Assembly (NCBI GenBank): GCA_030264375.1
Contig: JASCQW010000122.1
Span: 30,517,947-30,581,946 of the forward strand
Origin: Carcharhinus longimanus
Lineage: Eukaryota
Direction of reading: 5' to 3'
DNA length: 64,000 nt
Of the stretch, positions 23,951 through 37,719 are shown in pieces. The position numbers and the translations under genes were made by a program. The first letter of the stretch is position 1. Each line of letters begins with the position of its first letter. The notes under the pieces are model-generated. The model did no database searches, had not been told where the DNA came from, and saw only the letters and a program-made list of their open reading frames with translations.

Positions 23951-25484
23951 TCTCCGGTTTCAACAGAGATGAGTTGGAGGCCAGGGGTCTAACCGCCAGA
24001 GGCAGGACCCTAATACCAATATTTGAACGAGGCTATGTGCTTCAGATTTTAACTCTGTGTTAGATATTGTGCTTGTAGGCTCAGTGTCCAAAGCTGGACC
24101 TAACAATTAAGTGCCTTTCTAGCACTGACTGTGGGCCATGAGGAGCAGGAATGCTTTTCTTGGCTCATCAAGTAAGCCCCCTTGTAATTGGATGGCCGTT
24201 TGCTCATGTACCACCCTCACTCCAACCCCCTCACCCACCCATCCAAACATCCCACCTTTCTGGGGTAACCTCCACCCAACTCCCCCTCTGACGCATGACC
24301 TTTCCCTCTCTATTTGCTCTCAGGTTTTTAGTTGTGGTCTGATGCCACAGGCCTCCCTGCTGCGGCTTGGATTTAAAAAATTTAGGTAAGTTCTGACATT
24401 AAACCTTCAGGCACCATACCTCCTGTCTGCGCACCCCACACTGCTTTTTACAGTCTCCTTCTAATCATCATTTTAATATTGCTACGATATCAAACGTCCG
24501 CATTATTTCCAAATATCTTTAATGAAAGACAATGTGAAATATTATTTTTGTGAAGTACATAAAAATACTTTTGTGACAAGGAAAACATATGTTAATAAAG
24601 ATCTAATGTTGGTGTGATCTGAGGGAGATTTGACACATGGCCTGGGTAGACTGACACAAAAAATTAAATTCACAAATGTAACAGTAATACTTTGAAGTTG
24701 TGGCCCAAGCATAAAGTGGAGTCTGAGAGCTAATTCATCAAAGCTGACAGCGTTATTCTAGAGGGGTCTGTCTCCAGTCCACACTGGGAATTTCACTCAG
24801 ACACCAGTTTTTCCTGGAGGAAATCAGGCAGCCAAGTAAAGTAGCTGTAATCATCTCTAACTTATAAGCGATCGGCTCATCTCCCTCCTCCCGATTTTTC
24901 TCCTGTTGCAGTTCCCCAGTAAAATAAATTACAGAAAAAACACGGGTGAAAGGGATAAATTGTGTGCTTGAACACAACACTATTCGTGCTGCTGAAAATT
25001 TACAAACCATTGTGCACAAGAAAGATGAGTTAGTGCGAAAGAACGATGAGTTTGGAGCAAGGTTGCGTGTTGGCAAGTAATTACATCTGCATCTGCAGGA
25101 AACCCACTGATAAAAAAAACAAGATAGATTGGTTGTGTTTAAATCTGGTAAACAGAAACATTACATCCCCTGCAGTTGATAAATGGAGAAAAACACTGAC
25201 AAACTAAAGTTTCATAGCATGTGTGTGTGTATTCACACAACGTTCAATGGCCTTGGATTGACGATGACAGGACTGACTTTTGCACCAGATTCAAAGCTAG
25301 ATACTACCCATTTGTTCCCTTACAAGTCATTGAAGGGACAGACAGATGTAATACTATTTACCCATACTCTCACAGAAAGGTTTATATGTTTGGTGCATGG
25401 AAGCAGTGTTAAATGCTACTGTTTCTATTTATTAATATAAATTTAACATATTTATTCAGGAAACAGTGGCTGTGAAATTAGACA

Positions 25485-25780
25485 GAATTATAGAATCTAC
25501 ATTGCAGAAGGAAGCCATTTGATCCACTGAGCCTGCACCGACAACAGTCCCATCCAGGTCCAACTGCCATAACCGTCCTAATCCCCCTGACACGCTAAGG
25601 GGCAACTTAGCATTACCAATCAACCGAACCCGCACATCTTTGGACTATGGGAGGAAATCGGAGCATGCGGAGGAAACCCTTGCAGACATGGGGAGAATAT
25701 GCAAACTCCACACAGTCACCTGAGGCCGGAATAGAACCAGATCCTTTGCGCTGTGAGGCAGCAGTGCTAACCACTGTACC
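25485..25780 (-). mobile_element. HE1-type V-SINE, CR1-type tail
   Basis: Reverse complement of the 5061-5380 family. Confidence 0.85.
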
Positions 25781-25984
25781 AGTAGGGCAGGAGAAAGGGC
25801 ACAAATATTTGCAATGTGTAATTAAGCTGCTTCCAATGCAGGCAGCATGCAAACTTCATGCTATCTATTGATTTGTAAGGCAGCTGCATGTGGTCAGTTA
25901 TAACTAGGTTAGGAAGGGTTTGCTGATTTTTCCTCTTTGTCCCACTTTAGATGGGTTATAACAAAGATTTAATTGTCAAAATAA

Positions 25985-26794
25985 TGTGATATTGTCAATT
26001 TAATATCCACTTAACTGTGAATAGTTCGATGTAAGAGTTAAGCCAGCCAGGTTCCTAGAGTTAGCAAGTCAGGTGTTAGTTCTATGACTTAAACTCACTC
26101 AGGTAATGATACAGAAACTATTAACAGAAAGGTTTAAAATGTACAAGCATATCCTATTTCCCACTAGTGCAGAAAGCACACACATAACTTCCCCAAGCAT
26201 GCACACAAAATAAATAAAACTTTACGAAGTATCAGAAGTTAAAACTTTGCCAAGTTGAGAAAAGGTAAAGTCAGAACAACTATTCACGGATTGCCTATAT
26301 GCCTCTTCACAGCGAGAGGGTCGCTTTCCACGCTGACTGCTGGTACTTTGGTACGTCTCATGGAAGCAGTCAGTCTGCAGTCAGGGCACGTTGATTCTTT
26401 TGTCTTAAAGAAAGTGGTATCAATTGGAATCCTCTGCTAATTTTTAGCAATGAGGTCCCCTGGTGGGTTTCCAGATCACAAACAGAGCTCAGGTTTGTTA
26501 ACAAAGGCTTCAGAGAGAGAGGAGGAAAGACTGCTGCCCCGACTATTTCTGTGGCAGTCTCTGACTATGAGTTCAAATCCAGTATTTTTCGCATTCAAGA
26601 GCTGGGCCACATGATCTCCCTCTGGTTTCAACCTGGGGCTTATCTCAGCGACTGTCTCAGAGAACTCCATAGACTCTGTCCCCTCAAAATGGTTTGTGGC
26701 CTTCAGAAATGCAAATTAGTAGCTGCTGTAGGCCGGTATCCTTTGCTTAGCGCAAAATGTTCTTATGTAAAAAAGTCCTGCAGATAGCATGACA
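25985..26794. mobile_element. Candidate solo LTR
   Basis: TGTGAT...ATGACA termini; flanks aataa/aatta (one mismatch) as possible 5-bp TSD; no recognisable coding content. Confidence 0.4.
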
Positions 26795-26877
26795 AATTAA
26801 TATTCTATATAGCACATGATAAACATGCTTCTGAATAGCTGCCATGCTCAGCAGAGGGCCCAAATTTACATAATGCT

Positions 26878-27860
26878 AGGATGGGATTTTCCAGCTATGT
26901 TTGTCCCGAAACCGGAAAATCCTGCCTGACGGGACCTATGCCTCGTCTGCCCCCACCTCCCGCTACAATTTCTATGGTGGACAGAATGGAAAAACTCCCC
27001 CCCCAATCTGCACAATTATCACCAAAACGTGCATTTGGGTTGGAGCAGATGCTGTAACTTGTTGCAGAAGTAAGTGTGAAGAAGATGAAAACATGGTGCA
27101 AAAGGGTAGAGATCGTACTCCAAGGCTCCTTGAACCTTCACTGGATGTTTTGATCGAGGAGCTGGACAGGAAGAGATTCCCAGCAGTTGGTTGGGGAAGG
27201 GGAACTGTGGTTGGGCCCTCCAGACTAACTCCACAAAGAAGATAACTGTAGCAGTCAATACCATGATTCTAGTCCTAAGAACCAACTTACAACGCTGTAA
27301 GAAGTTTAATGACAGTACAAGAAACTTCATCTTCAAATGACAAATTGCACCAATGCAACACCAATCTGACATACTGCTCAGTGCATCATATACTCATCAC
27401 ACATACATCTGCAAACAATTTCTATCAATCACAACTCATACACAACATTCATAGCTTCACATCACCCTCACATATGAAGCACTGCTGTAAGCCTTACACA
27501 TACATCTCACAGTTTACACTCACTGCTGGCTACTCAATGGCAGCCACATTACCCAAACACCACACTCCTTAACGCACTTCCCTCTCTCTTCCAGGACAAG
27601 GTGGTATGTAACATAGCTGTACGTCCTTAACCCTTGTACAGTGCTCACCATCATTGAAGGGATCATGACTGAGTCTGCAATTAGCTATGGGTCTGAAGCT
27701 ATTAATGGTGACATTATGCTCAAACCCAATCCATTTTCTCCCATCTCAAACTCCTCGGAGTTAAAAGCTGCAGACAGTGTAAGCACGCACCTCTTGCTTT
27801 CTCCACCTTCCCTTACCAAAACCCTACACTTTGTGCCTTTCTCCTTTTACATACCCAGGG
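26878..27860 (+). mobile_element. PIF/Harbinger-like DNA transposon remnant with decayed Myb/SANT-like ORF
   Basis: TIR-like start, then MVQKGRDRTPRLLEPSLDVLIEELDRKR and, in another frame, ITVAVNTMILVLRTNLQRCKKFNDSTR (cf. PRFS..LEALVEEV..RT..QCRKKFNDL). Confidence 0.6.
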
Positions 27861-29765
27861 GCAGGAGGACTTGTGGTGCAGTGGGTACATTTCTATGCCT
27901 ACATCAGAGCTCTGTGTTCAAGTCTCACCCAGGACTTGATGGTCACAAAAGATACATTTGTGGCATGGCCAAGCAAGTTGATTGTCAACATGTAAATCCT
28001 CCACAAAACTGTGACAGGTGGGAAAAGTGAGAGATATTCCTGGTCAGCAAGAATCATATAGTAGCTGCACTGTGACAGCTTCCCCAAGTTAAAGATTCCA
28101 TGCATAAACACTTACCAAGGGCTGTGTGCTAAGCATCCTTCTCATTTTAAGGGAATCTCTCGAGAGATAGATACTTAAGACTGCAACATGGTCAGGCAGC
28201 GGTGGAGGAGAAAGAGGTAAAAGAGGAAAAAGAAGGTGATGAAAAATAAATATTTGCCAGAAACCTCCAGCCTTGCCTATGCCTGGGCTTCTCCAGTCCC
28301 ACTGCAATAAATGGAGTTTGGCTGGGTGCCAAATTCTCCATTCTTGCTGGCAGTGGTGGCAGCACGAATGAAATTGGAGAATCTCGTCCACTGTCACTCA
28401 TGCTCACAACCCCTAGATCAGATAATGATGCTGTGGGTATTTGAGACCTAAGATTCTAGGGTCTCAGAATACCTGTTTCACTAGGTAGGTCTATGAGTAG
28501 ATATCAAGGGGTGTCCCTCAATTTCTCAAATCCCTCCATGGCCTAAACCTCCCCGTCTCTACAATCTCTTCCAGCTTTACAACCCTCTGAGATATCAATG
28601 CCTTGAATTCTGGTCTCTTGAGTGTCCTTGATGTTAATCGCTCCATCAGTGAGTTCAGCTCATTCAGGGGATATGGGCGTCGCTGGCTAGGCTGGCACTT
28701 ATTGCCCATCCCTAATTGCCCTTGAACTGAGTGGTTTGTTAGGTCATTTCAGAGGGTATTTAAGAGTCAACCCACATTGTTGTGGTTTTGGAATCAGACG
28801 TAGGCCGGGCAGGGTGAGGGTGGCCAGGAAAGGCCCTAAACTCTGGAATTTCCTCTCTAAAATGTGTGCTTCTCCTTTGTTCTTTAAGAAGCTCCTTAAA
28901 TCTTTTGATCATTTGCCTAAATGACTCCTTGGTGTCAAATCTTGCTGCAGACTGTTCTTGTGAAGTGCCCTGGAATGCTTTAGTAATTTAAAAATGTGAT
29001 ATAAATTCAAGTTTTTGTTGTTCCTCCTCACAGATCTCATGCTCAAGATGTGCTTAAAATATTAAAATGGCCATGTTTAGCAAAGTTGATTTTAGCATAA
29101 AACCTGCAACAGCCTCATCCTCTGGACAGTAAAAACGGGGAAGAAAATGTTGAAATAAGCTCAAATGTTAGCTTACTTTTGAAAAGTAAGAGAGACCCAT
29201 GGGTACACATTACAGCAGAAAATCTCCTGAGTACAACTGATGTTTCTACTTGCATTTCACATCAAGTCGTGTACTGCTGGCAAAACTGTACAGGTCTTGT
29301 CACAAGCAATATATCAGAGAGAAGTTAAGCGCAATGTTCCTCCTACTACTTATTTTCTTCATAAGCATAGTTTCAAACACAGCATGAGTGCCTCCAACAA
29401 AATGTGAGGCCGATCTTTATTTGTGAAATGTTTACCGGGAAAACGGCAATCCAAATTTTCCTTGACTAACTAAGATATTTTATAAGGAACTGCAGTGCGA
29501 TGTAGTTGGTCCTGATAGGAAGCCAGAACATAATTAATTCCATTTGGTAGTTTCAAGTCTGTGACATCACGTTGCTGAACCATAGCGGGGGGGATCTTAT
29601 AGCCTTGCTCACCCAGAAACCATAAAAGCCTAAGATCAATGGACCTTTCCATTCTTCGCCCCTTGCACGCTCCAATTCCTGTGGCGAGCGGGACGGTAAA
29701 ATTCCAGCCAATAATTCTTGGCCATTCGTCTGGAATAATAATCTAAATTTTAATAATAAGCTAAT

Positions 29766-29980
29766 AGTTTGCACGTTCTCCCTGTGTCTGTGTGGGTTTC
29801 TTCTGGGTGGTCCTGTTTCCTCCCACTGTCCAAAGATGTGTAGATTAGTTAGGTTAACAATGTTTGGGGGGGTGGGATTATGGGGGTAGGGTGGGAGAAA
29901 GGGCCTGAGAAAGAGACTCTGTCAGAGATTCTGTGTAGACTTGATGGGTCGAATACCCTCCTTCCACATTGTATGATTCT
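29766..29980 (+). mobile_element. HE1-type V-SINE, head-less
   Basis: V domain plus CR1-type tail. Confidence 0.75.
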
Positions 29981-31537
29981 GGTTGCAACTGTTCCTGACA
30001 ATTTATTTTTCAGTTTCTAAGGTCAGAGGTATCAATGCTGTGAATGAAACAATCAGGAATAGATAGACAAGAGTAGACAGAGAATAAAGTCCACTTTTCT
30101 CTATTAATGCATAAAGATTTGCTCTGCTTACCAGGGGGCTCATTGTAACCTGGATGGATTTGTGTCAACCACCCATGTTAAACCCAGCAAAATCGGATAG
30201 GATATAAATCAGGTGGTTGACCCATCATTTCCTGCCTGGCGAGTTAGGTTAAAATTAATGTGCAGCAAGATGGTGAATGCAACATGAATTCCATGATAAA
30301 AATGATTAGCATTTCCAAAGAAATTGCAGATGTCTTGTGAAATCCAACCCAAATTCCTGTTCAAAGAACAGTCCGCAGTCAATCCACCCCCATCGTAGAT
30401 TCGACTCTCCTGAATTAACCTTTTGAAAACAATTCGATACAAGTGCACCACAATCCCAATTCTAAACTCTCTTAAACACAGTACATTTGCAACTTGGTAC
30501 ACCTTGTGGTATGAAAGCAGTCTTTTGTCTTTTTCCAATAAATTTACTACCTTTGCTGTGGCACCAATGGGAGGTGAAAAACAGGGGTCAGTGTCTTTGC
30601 AGGAGGTGAAAGCGACAGTCACAGACAGATTGATCTTGCTCTGTTTTTGTCCATCACTTAGCAATTATTTGCCGAAGGGTTAGAATAGAACTTTGGGAAC
30701 AATTACCCAGAAGGTAGATGCCAAGTGAAGGGAAGAAAATACAACAATAGTACCATGGGGCCAGTTTATCATTGCCTTTGTGGCAACCTATTGCCTGGTC
30801 AAAAGACTGAAAAAGATTTTAATTTTTAAACAAACTCTTAAGAGGGGCCACAATCAAAGTTTTATTGGAACTTGTAGCTCACAGAGATACAGTGTAGCTC
30901 TTCGCTGTTTCAAATAATGTTGGGCCATCATAAACTTTATAGTCATATATATATTCTGAATGGTCTCTGAATAAAGCATCTGCTGCTGTGAGAGTTGTAT
31001 TCACTCCTTGCTATTTCGGGATAATTTTATCAAGCCCACAGCTGGGTGTTTGGAAGTTATGATTACAAGCTGTTTAATATTGAATACAATGGTTGTTGAC
31101 AAATAGTGTCACGAGATAATATCTTGGCCAAGCCCAACAAACAGCTACTTCTTGTAAATTGATTAAGTACATTTTAAAAAATTATTCTTTCACAAGATGT
31201 GGGCATCGTTGGCTGGTCCAACATTTATTACCCATCCCTAATTGCTGCTGAGAAGGTGATAGTGAACTCAAGTGATCTGAGATGGCACCAAATAAGATAG
31301 TTCTTTGGGGGCGGTTGCAGGGGCGGGGTGGTGGTGTTGTTAGTTGTGCAGACTATGTGTTTGGAGAATCTTATAGATAAATATACATTTTTGTATCTCT
31401 CAGTTAACAATTCTTGTATTCTTATTTTTTTCTTCTAAAACCTCAGCTTTGGAAGATTTCCTTGGATAAAGTCCAAGCTTCAGTGCTAAAGTCGGACAAA
31501 CACACTCACTGTGATGCTTCATCGTAATTTTGCTCAC

Positions 31538-31686
31538 CCTGTGGATGGTGTCATTATGCAGCCTCCTTTCTCAGGTGACGCCTTGCAGGTACAGCCACGC
31601 TCAGGAGTATCATGGTTCATGCCAAAGTTGTGGCCCAGTTCGTGGGCCATTGTTACTGCTGCTCCAAGAGGATTGTCTGAATGATC
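31538..31686 (-). CDS. ADAM12: ADAM12 catalytic exon C: [50 protein letters not shown]
   Basis: 149 nt, hand-translated (absent from ORF track); HEXXHXXGXXHD zinc motif at 31609-31644 and CIM Met-turn; acceptor ttttaccag, donor GG|gtgagc; phase 0 to 2. Confidence 0.97.
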
Positions 31687-31904
31687 CTGGTAAAATTACA
31701 GAATAACATTTGTAAACATTTCAAGGGTTGCTCTTCAGAAACAATATAATTCAGCTGAAAAAGTCCAAAAATTTAATAAAATCATAATAATGAGGATGAT
31801 TATATTGTCAATTTCAATATAAATCAGTAAATGAATACATGAGTACCTTTCTACCAAAAGACTCTAGTTAGACTACATCTACATTCATTTGCTGTTGTCC
31901 TAAA

Positions 31905-33900
31905 AACATAGGAACTATGAGTAAGTCATTCAGTGTCTTGTGCCTGTTCACTATTCAATGAGATCTTGACTGATCTGAATCCAAATTCTATCAACCTTCC
32001 TTGGCTGCATATCTCTTAATACCCTTGGCGAACAAAAATCTATCAATCTTAGACATAAATATAGCTTTGAATGTTTTTTCTGAGGTAGAGAGTTCCATAC
32101 TTCATTCATACCAGCAAAAATCTCTTCATCTACTTTATCAAAAACCAAAAAATCTTAATCAAACTGTCTATTTTCCATTTATATCCAAGAGAATACAAGC
32201 CTTGTTTATGCAATAAACCTCCTTATAACCTCATAGCCCTGGTAGAATTATAATGAATCTGTAACTGCACTCCTTCCAAGCACAATATACCTTTTCTATG
32301 GTGCAGTGTCTAAATGTGGCTTAACTAGAGCTTTGTACAGCTGTAACAAAACTTCTTATCCTGTGTATTTTAACTGTCTCGTTATAAAACCTATAATTTA
32401 GTGATCTATGCATTTTCGTGGACCCCTAAACCTCTTTGAACTGCCACGGTTCCTAGCTTTTCACTATTCAATAATACTTTGATCGATCCCTTCTGTTGGA
32501 AGATGCTGTTGGTTGGTCTCATGAATGGCTTCAGAACCTTGTATAGTTTAACAGTAAATATTTATAAACAATTGTAACTGTATACATCTGTACAGTAACA
32601 GGTCTAAGCTGGAGGCTGTTTACACATGTCTCTGTCCAGTACAAGATTGTCCTCAAGACTTGGGTTATGTTTCTCTTTGCATCACAGTGTGGGTGGTATT
32701 GTGTCCAGTCCCATGTAAACCCTTTCTATGCAAGACCTTTACACTATACCTCTTTGGTCCAAAATTGCCTTACACTCATTCCACAGACAACAGTTTTTCC
32801 CACTCACTTCATCTATCACTGTCCTCTTTGTAATTTAATATATGTGTCCCTCTATTGTGTTTTCTAAGTCTTTAATAAATAAAATGAACAGCTGAGGCCT
32901 CAGTACAGAATCTTAGTCATTTCCTTCCAATTTGCACACATACTCATTATCCTTACTCTCTGTCATCTACCAGGTCAATAATTTGCCTTTAATTTCCCAA
33001 CTAGTAACTTTAGCTGCCAGTCTTGCATGTGGAATGTTATTGAATGCCTTCCAGAAGTCCATTAAAACGATATTCATCGACATTTTCCTACTTGCTACTT
33101 TAGTCCTCTCTCTCTCTCTTGTCAGATATCATGCCCTATGACGGTATTAGCAACTGTGGAACTCCATGTTAATCTTGTTCTGGAGGTGTAGATCAGCCTC
33201 ATCGGTGGCACCTTCATCCAGTTTGCAAGGCTCTTTTCTTTGTCTGTCTCAATTTCTTTTATCATCAATCTTTCCATTGGGATCAGACTTTCTAAATCAG
33301 GATTTCTTGTGAGGTGCCCAAGAAATTCCAACTCTCTTTCTGATCTTGGTCAGCAGAGTTCTTTTTGGTTTCAGATTTTTCAAGCACATCTTCCTTGGTC
33401 ATGTGATTTGTCCAAGACATCTTCAAAGGCCACCATATTGCAGCCTCCATTCTTCCCTGCATTGCTTCATTTACCGTCCAGCACTTGTTCCCTTATGTCA
33501 AAACTGGTGTGATGTAGCATTCCAGGATTTTCACCTTTGTTTACTTTGCACTTTGGTTACTTTTTACCTTTTGGTTCCTGAAGTAACTTCTGGTCAAAAA
33601 ATCAATTGGGTTTGCTAGGCATGACTTTCCCTTACACATGTTGGATCTCCCTAATAAGTTCATATTTCAAGTGCTTCTCCCCTCCGCTCCTAATTATACA
33701 TTTTAATAATTTTCTTCCAACATATTAGACTAACCAGTCTATAATTTACTGTTTGTTCCACCTCACCTTGTTAAAATGACAAAGTTACACGTACAACTTT
33801 CCAAACTTGAATTGAGAGCAGTTTAGAAAATTATGGTTAAAATGCATGAAATTCGCTCATCTATTTCCTTCAAAATGCTAGGCTGGAAACCATCGGAGTC
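31905..33900 (-). mobile_element. Old degenerate CR1 LINE with internal insertions (possible solo LTR ~32494-32748)
   Basis: Tail acataggaac..attcaatgagatcttgactgatct; ttattgaatgccttccagaagtcca; gcatgactttccctt; actaaccagtctataatt. Confidence 0.6.
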
Positions 33901-34339
33901 CCACGCATGATTCAGCTGAACGCAGATGCTGAGCCTTACAGGCCATCAATGGAGGGGATAATTCTGGAACAGCAACAGAAAATGTGTGAGATGCTGGCAG
34001 ATGTACCACACTGCCTGCTTGGAGAGGGATTGGAGGAGTCCGTCTCGAGCAATGGCATGATTCCTCAGCCCTTCATGATAATGTCTTCAGTCAATGGAAG
34101 TGTAAGCACCTTTATGGAGCATCAGAGTTCAGATGGTTTCCACACTCGAAATGATATCTTGAACAGGATTGATGAAAACCTCGTATTTGCCCTTTAGTGT
34201 CCAACTGATTTGCAGCAAAGTGCTTTCCACTCGTTACTAGCAGGAGAGTACAGGTGGACAAAGAGAAGGAAGATGGAGAAATAGAAGTGGGTATTCTGAT
34301 TAAAACACTTCCATCTGTCACTCATTGTCCCCTCTTCAG

Positions 34340-34985
34340 TCACATGGTCGAAAGCTTCAAGTTTCCAGGTGTTCAGTTCACCAACAACCTGTCCTGGTCC
34401 CTCCATGCTGACGCTGCAGTTAAGAAAGCCCACCAACACCTTTACTTTCTCAGGAAGCTAAGGAGATTTGGCATGTCAGCTACGACAGTCACCAATTTTT
34501 ACAGATGCACCATAGAAAGCATCCTTTCCGGATGTATCACAGCTTGGTATGGCTCCTGCTCTGACTAAGACCGCAAGAAAGTACAAAGAGTTGTGAACGT
34601 AACCCAGTCCATCATGCAAACCAGCCTCCCATCTATTGACTCCCTCTACACTTCTAGCTGCCTTGGGAAAGCAGCCAGCATTATCAAGGACCCCACTTAT
34701 CCCAGACATACTCTTTTCTACCTTCATCCATTGGGAAAAAGATACAAAAGTCTGAAATCACGTACCAACAGACACAAGCACAGCTTCTCTGCCTCCATCA
34801 GACTTTTGAATGGTCCTATCACATATTAAGCTGATCTTTCTCTTCACCCTACCTGCAACTGCAACACTATATTCTGCACCCTCTCCTTTCCTTTTCCTCC
34901 ATGTACTCTATGAATAGTATGTTTTGTCCCTGTAGCTCGCAAGAAACCAAACCTGTCACTGTCATAATAAATCAATCAATCAACA
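34340..34985 (+). mobile_element. Rex1/Babar-type LINE 3' fragment
   Basis: VESFKFPGVQFTNNLSWSLHADAAVKKAHQHLYFLRKLRRFGMSATTVTNFYRCTIESILSGCITAWYG; stops and frameshifts downstream. Confidence 0.85.
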
Positions 34986-35838
34986 TGCTGCCTTTTGTCC
35001 TGAGAATGAAATCTGACATACACAGATGCATGAGAGGCAACCCAAATCCAGAACTCAAGAGGATGTTAGCCAAGGGCACCTCAGCATTCAAAGCAGGAAA
35101 AGGAGTAGCCTGTCTTTACCTTTGCTGAAACTGAGGGTTTATACCATGTAGGAATAGCAGAAAAGAGAGTGAAAATTTGTAGTTGTATAAAAGTACCTAA
35201 TGGATATGTACCGAACGCCAAAATCTTGCTGGCATTTATACCAGCTGGACCTTATGGTCCTGCCAATGGCGCACCCTCACCATGGGTTTCCCATGGGCTT
35301 GGGATGAATTCAACGGTAAACCCTGTTAACAATGGCAAGAAGACCATAACATTCCACCACTAGTGGGCAGCGCATTGCCTCCTGCCTCCGTGAAACATGC
35401 CACAGAGATGGAGAAAAATCCCACCCATAATGTTAGATTAAATTTTCATTCAATTTTTCATTCATAGAGAAGTTATTTTCTCGATATTCCCATTTTTACC
35501 TGCTGCCTTGCAAGTGACCTTCTCACTTGTGATGAACGGTAAAATAAAACTTCAAGTTGAACAACTGGTTTCCCTGACAGGGAGTGAGTGCTTTGCTGAT
35601 TGCAGGACTGCTTTGCACTGAGGATAGAATGTCAATGTATTTATAGTATGGTTACCAGATGGGTGCACTGGTTGAATCTAAATAAACTATGCCAGAATTA
35701 AGCCATCCCAGACAGCAATGTGAACTACTGCTGGTGTCCTGGTCACATTGGCCCAAATCTTCTGATCATCGGATCCCCAGAGACTAGGTGTACCCTGTCA
35801 AGGTGCACTACAGGATCGTGTGGAAGTCTTGGTATAAT

Positions 35839-36178
35839 GGCCGGTATTTTACAACCTCGATTGGGCGAGGCTCATAAAATCCTGTCCGAGGCCAATTCCA
35901 GAGAATTCTGTTCTGCTCGGGGCGGGCGTGGTGGTAAAATTCCAGCCAATGAATCCATGAGAATTCTTCAGATATTTTGAACATCTGATGGGCAATTTCC
36001 CTGCTCCTTGGGACCCTCTGATATGGTCTCTGACTCTGAGATAGAGTCGGTGGGCAGGATTTTACAGCCTCCCTCGTCCCAAAACTGTAAAATCCTGCCT
36101 GATATCAATGGACTTTCCCGTTGTCTGCCATTTGCCTGCTCTGATTCCCGTGGCAAGCGGGACGGTAGGATTCTGGCT
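35839..36178. mobile_element. Two adjacent ~110-125 bp MITEs (35839-35947, 36052-36178)
   Basis: TIRs ggccggtattttac / gtaaaattccagcc; similar copies at ~18045, 19811, 23270, 28255, 29586, 40405, 53843. Confidence 0.7.
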
Positions 36179-37719
36179 AGAGTCGTTGACTGTTCTGACT
36201 TACTCCCTAAGTCAGGAAATATTACACAGAAAAATCCTGGTCTAACTCCTTGATATCTGTACAACAGATATCCCTATTGTTGCTGTTGTTGTTATTACTG
36301 CTGTAGTGCTCATCTGAGGTCCAAGGTAAATCTACAAAAATGATATCCATGTTGAACTGATGTCTGATTGATGAAAGTGGCAGTCAGACACACAAAACTC
36401 CAACAAAAACAGAAAACATTGGCTCTGTTTCTCTCTCCACAGATGCTGCCAGACCTGCTGAGATTTTCCAGCATTTTTTGTATTTGTTTCAGATTCCAGA
36501 GAAATTCACTTTTAATACAAAATTCCAAAGCATTGGAAATGACCTCCAAAGTAAGAAAAGCACACACTCCGAATAAGTTGTTTGGGCAAAAGTCTTTTCT
36601 CTGGGCAAGGGAGCAGGTGTGAGGTCTCGGTACTTAAAACATTTTTATGTCTTTCATTTGCCACTGCCAATTCTCACTCTCCTTTAACTTTCCCTCCACT
36701 GGCAAGTACCATGAAGTGCATCATAAGGCAAGTATCACAAAGCTCAGGAGTACCATACACACAAGGTTAAGAGCGAAACCTCCAGTTAAAAAAGCAGCTA
36801 ACTACCCCTAGATATATTCAAATTGGTAACACACTTTCTCTGAAAGGGATTTCTCACGCTGCTGAATGCATTGGAAATAAAAGCAGAAATTCAAGTTGGA
36901 TTCCCAACACGCTGACAATCTGCCCATTCGCGTAGTTAGGTTCAATCTCTCCCCAATGTAATTGTTCAACAAGTCTGTAATTCTCTTATTTTAATTTCCA
37001 GTGTGCATTTTTAAAATTATCCCTGACACCCTTTCTCTTCTAATACAACTGAAAATCTTTTGAGTTCACTTTGATATCCCTTGTGTCACTTTTGTATTTC
37101 CTATTTGCTGCTCTTACTGTCCTTCAGTCTTGTTTCATTGTTTTTATAGCTGGCCCAGTTCCCTAGATCGACACTATTGCATACAGATTTTACCTCCTTT
37201 CCTTTAGCTTCATGTTATCTCTCACCTCTTTTGTCAATCATTGGGAAACAACTACTACATTTAAGCAATAGTGAAGATAATCTTCTGCTCAGACAGAATG
37301 TTGGAAAGCACTAGAAGTGATTCACACTGGATTAAGGGATAAAACTTTATGAAATTGTGCTCAAGGCAGGAAATCTTGTCCACTGAGTTCACAGATGTGT
37401 AAGAATTACCTCAAAATGACATCTGGTTTCTGAGGAACAGATTTTGAAAAAGAAAATTGCTTTTGTTGCCATTCTCAATGGACTAAGTCTAAATAAGCTC
37501 AGTGGACAACTTTATACCTGTTGCTAGATTAGCTTTGTGGCATTTGGCCAGTAAATATACAAACTCTGAATTGAGGAAATAGTTGCTCACCATTGATATG
37601 TTCTCATTCAGAAGCTCCTGCATTACAAATCAGGAATAACAAAGAACAACCCGGCACGAGAAACAGGCCCTTCGGCCCAACGAATATTGCTGAATGCTAA
37701 AAATGCTGAATTTATATGA

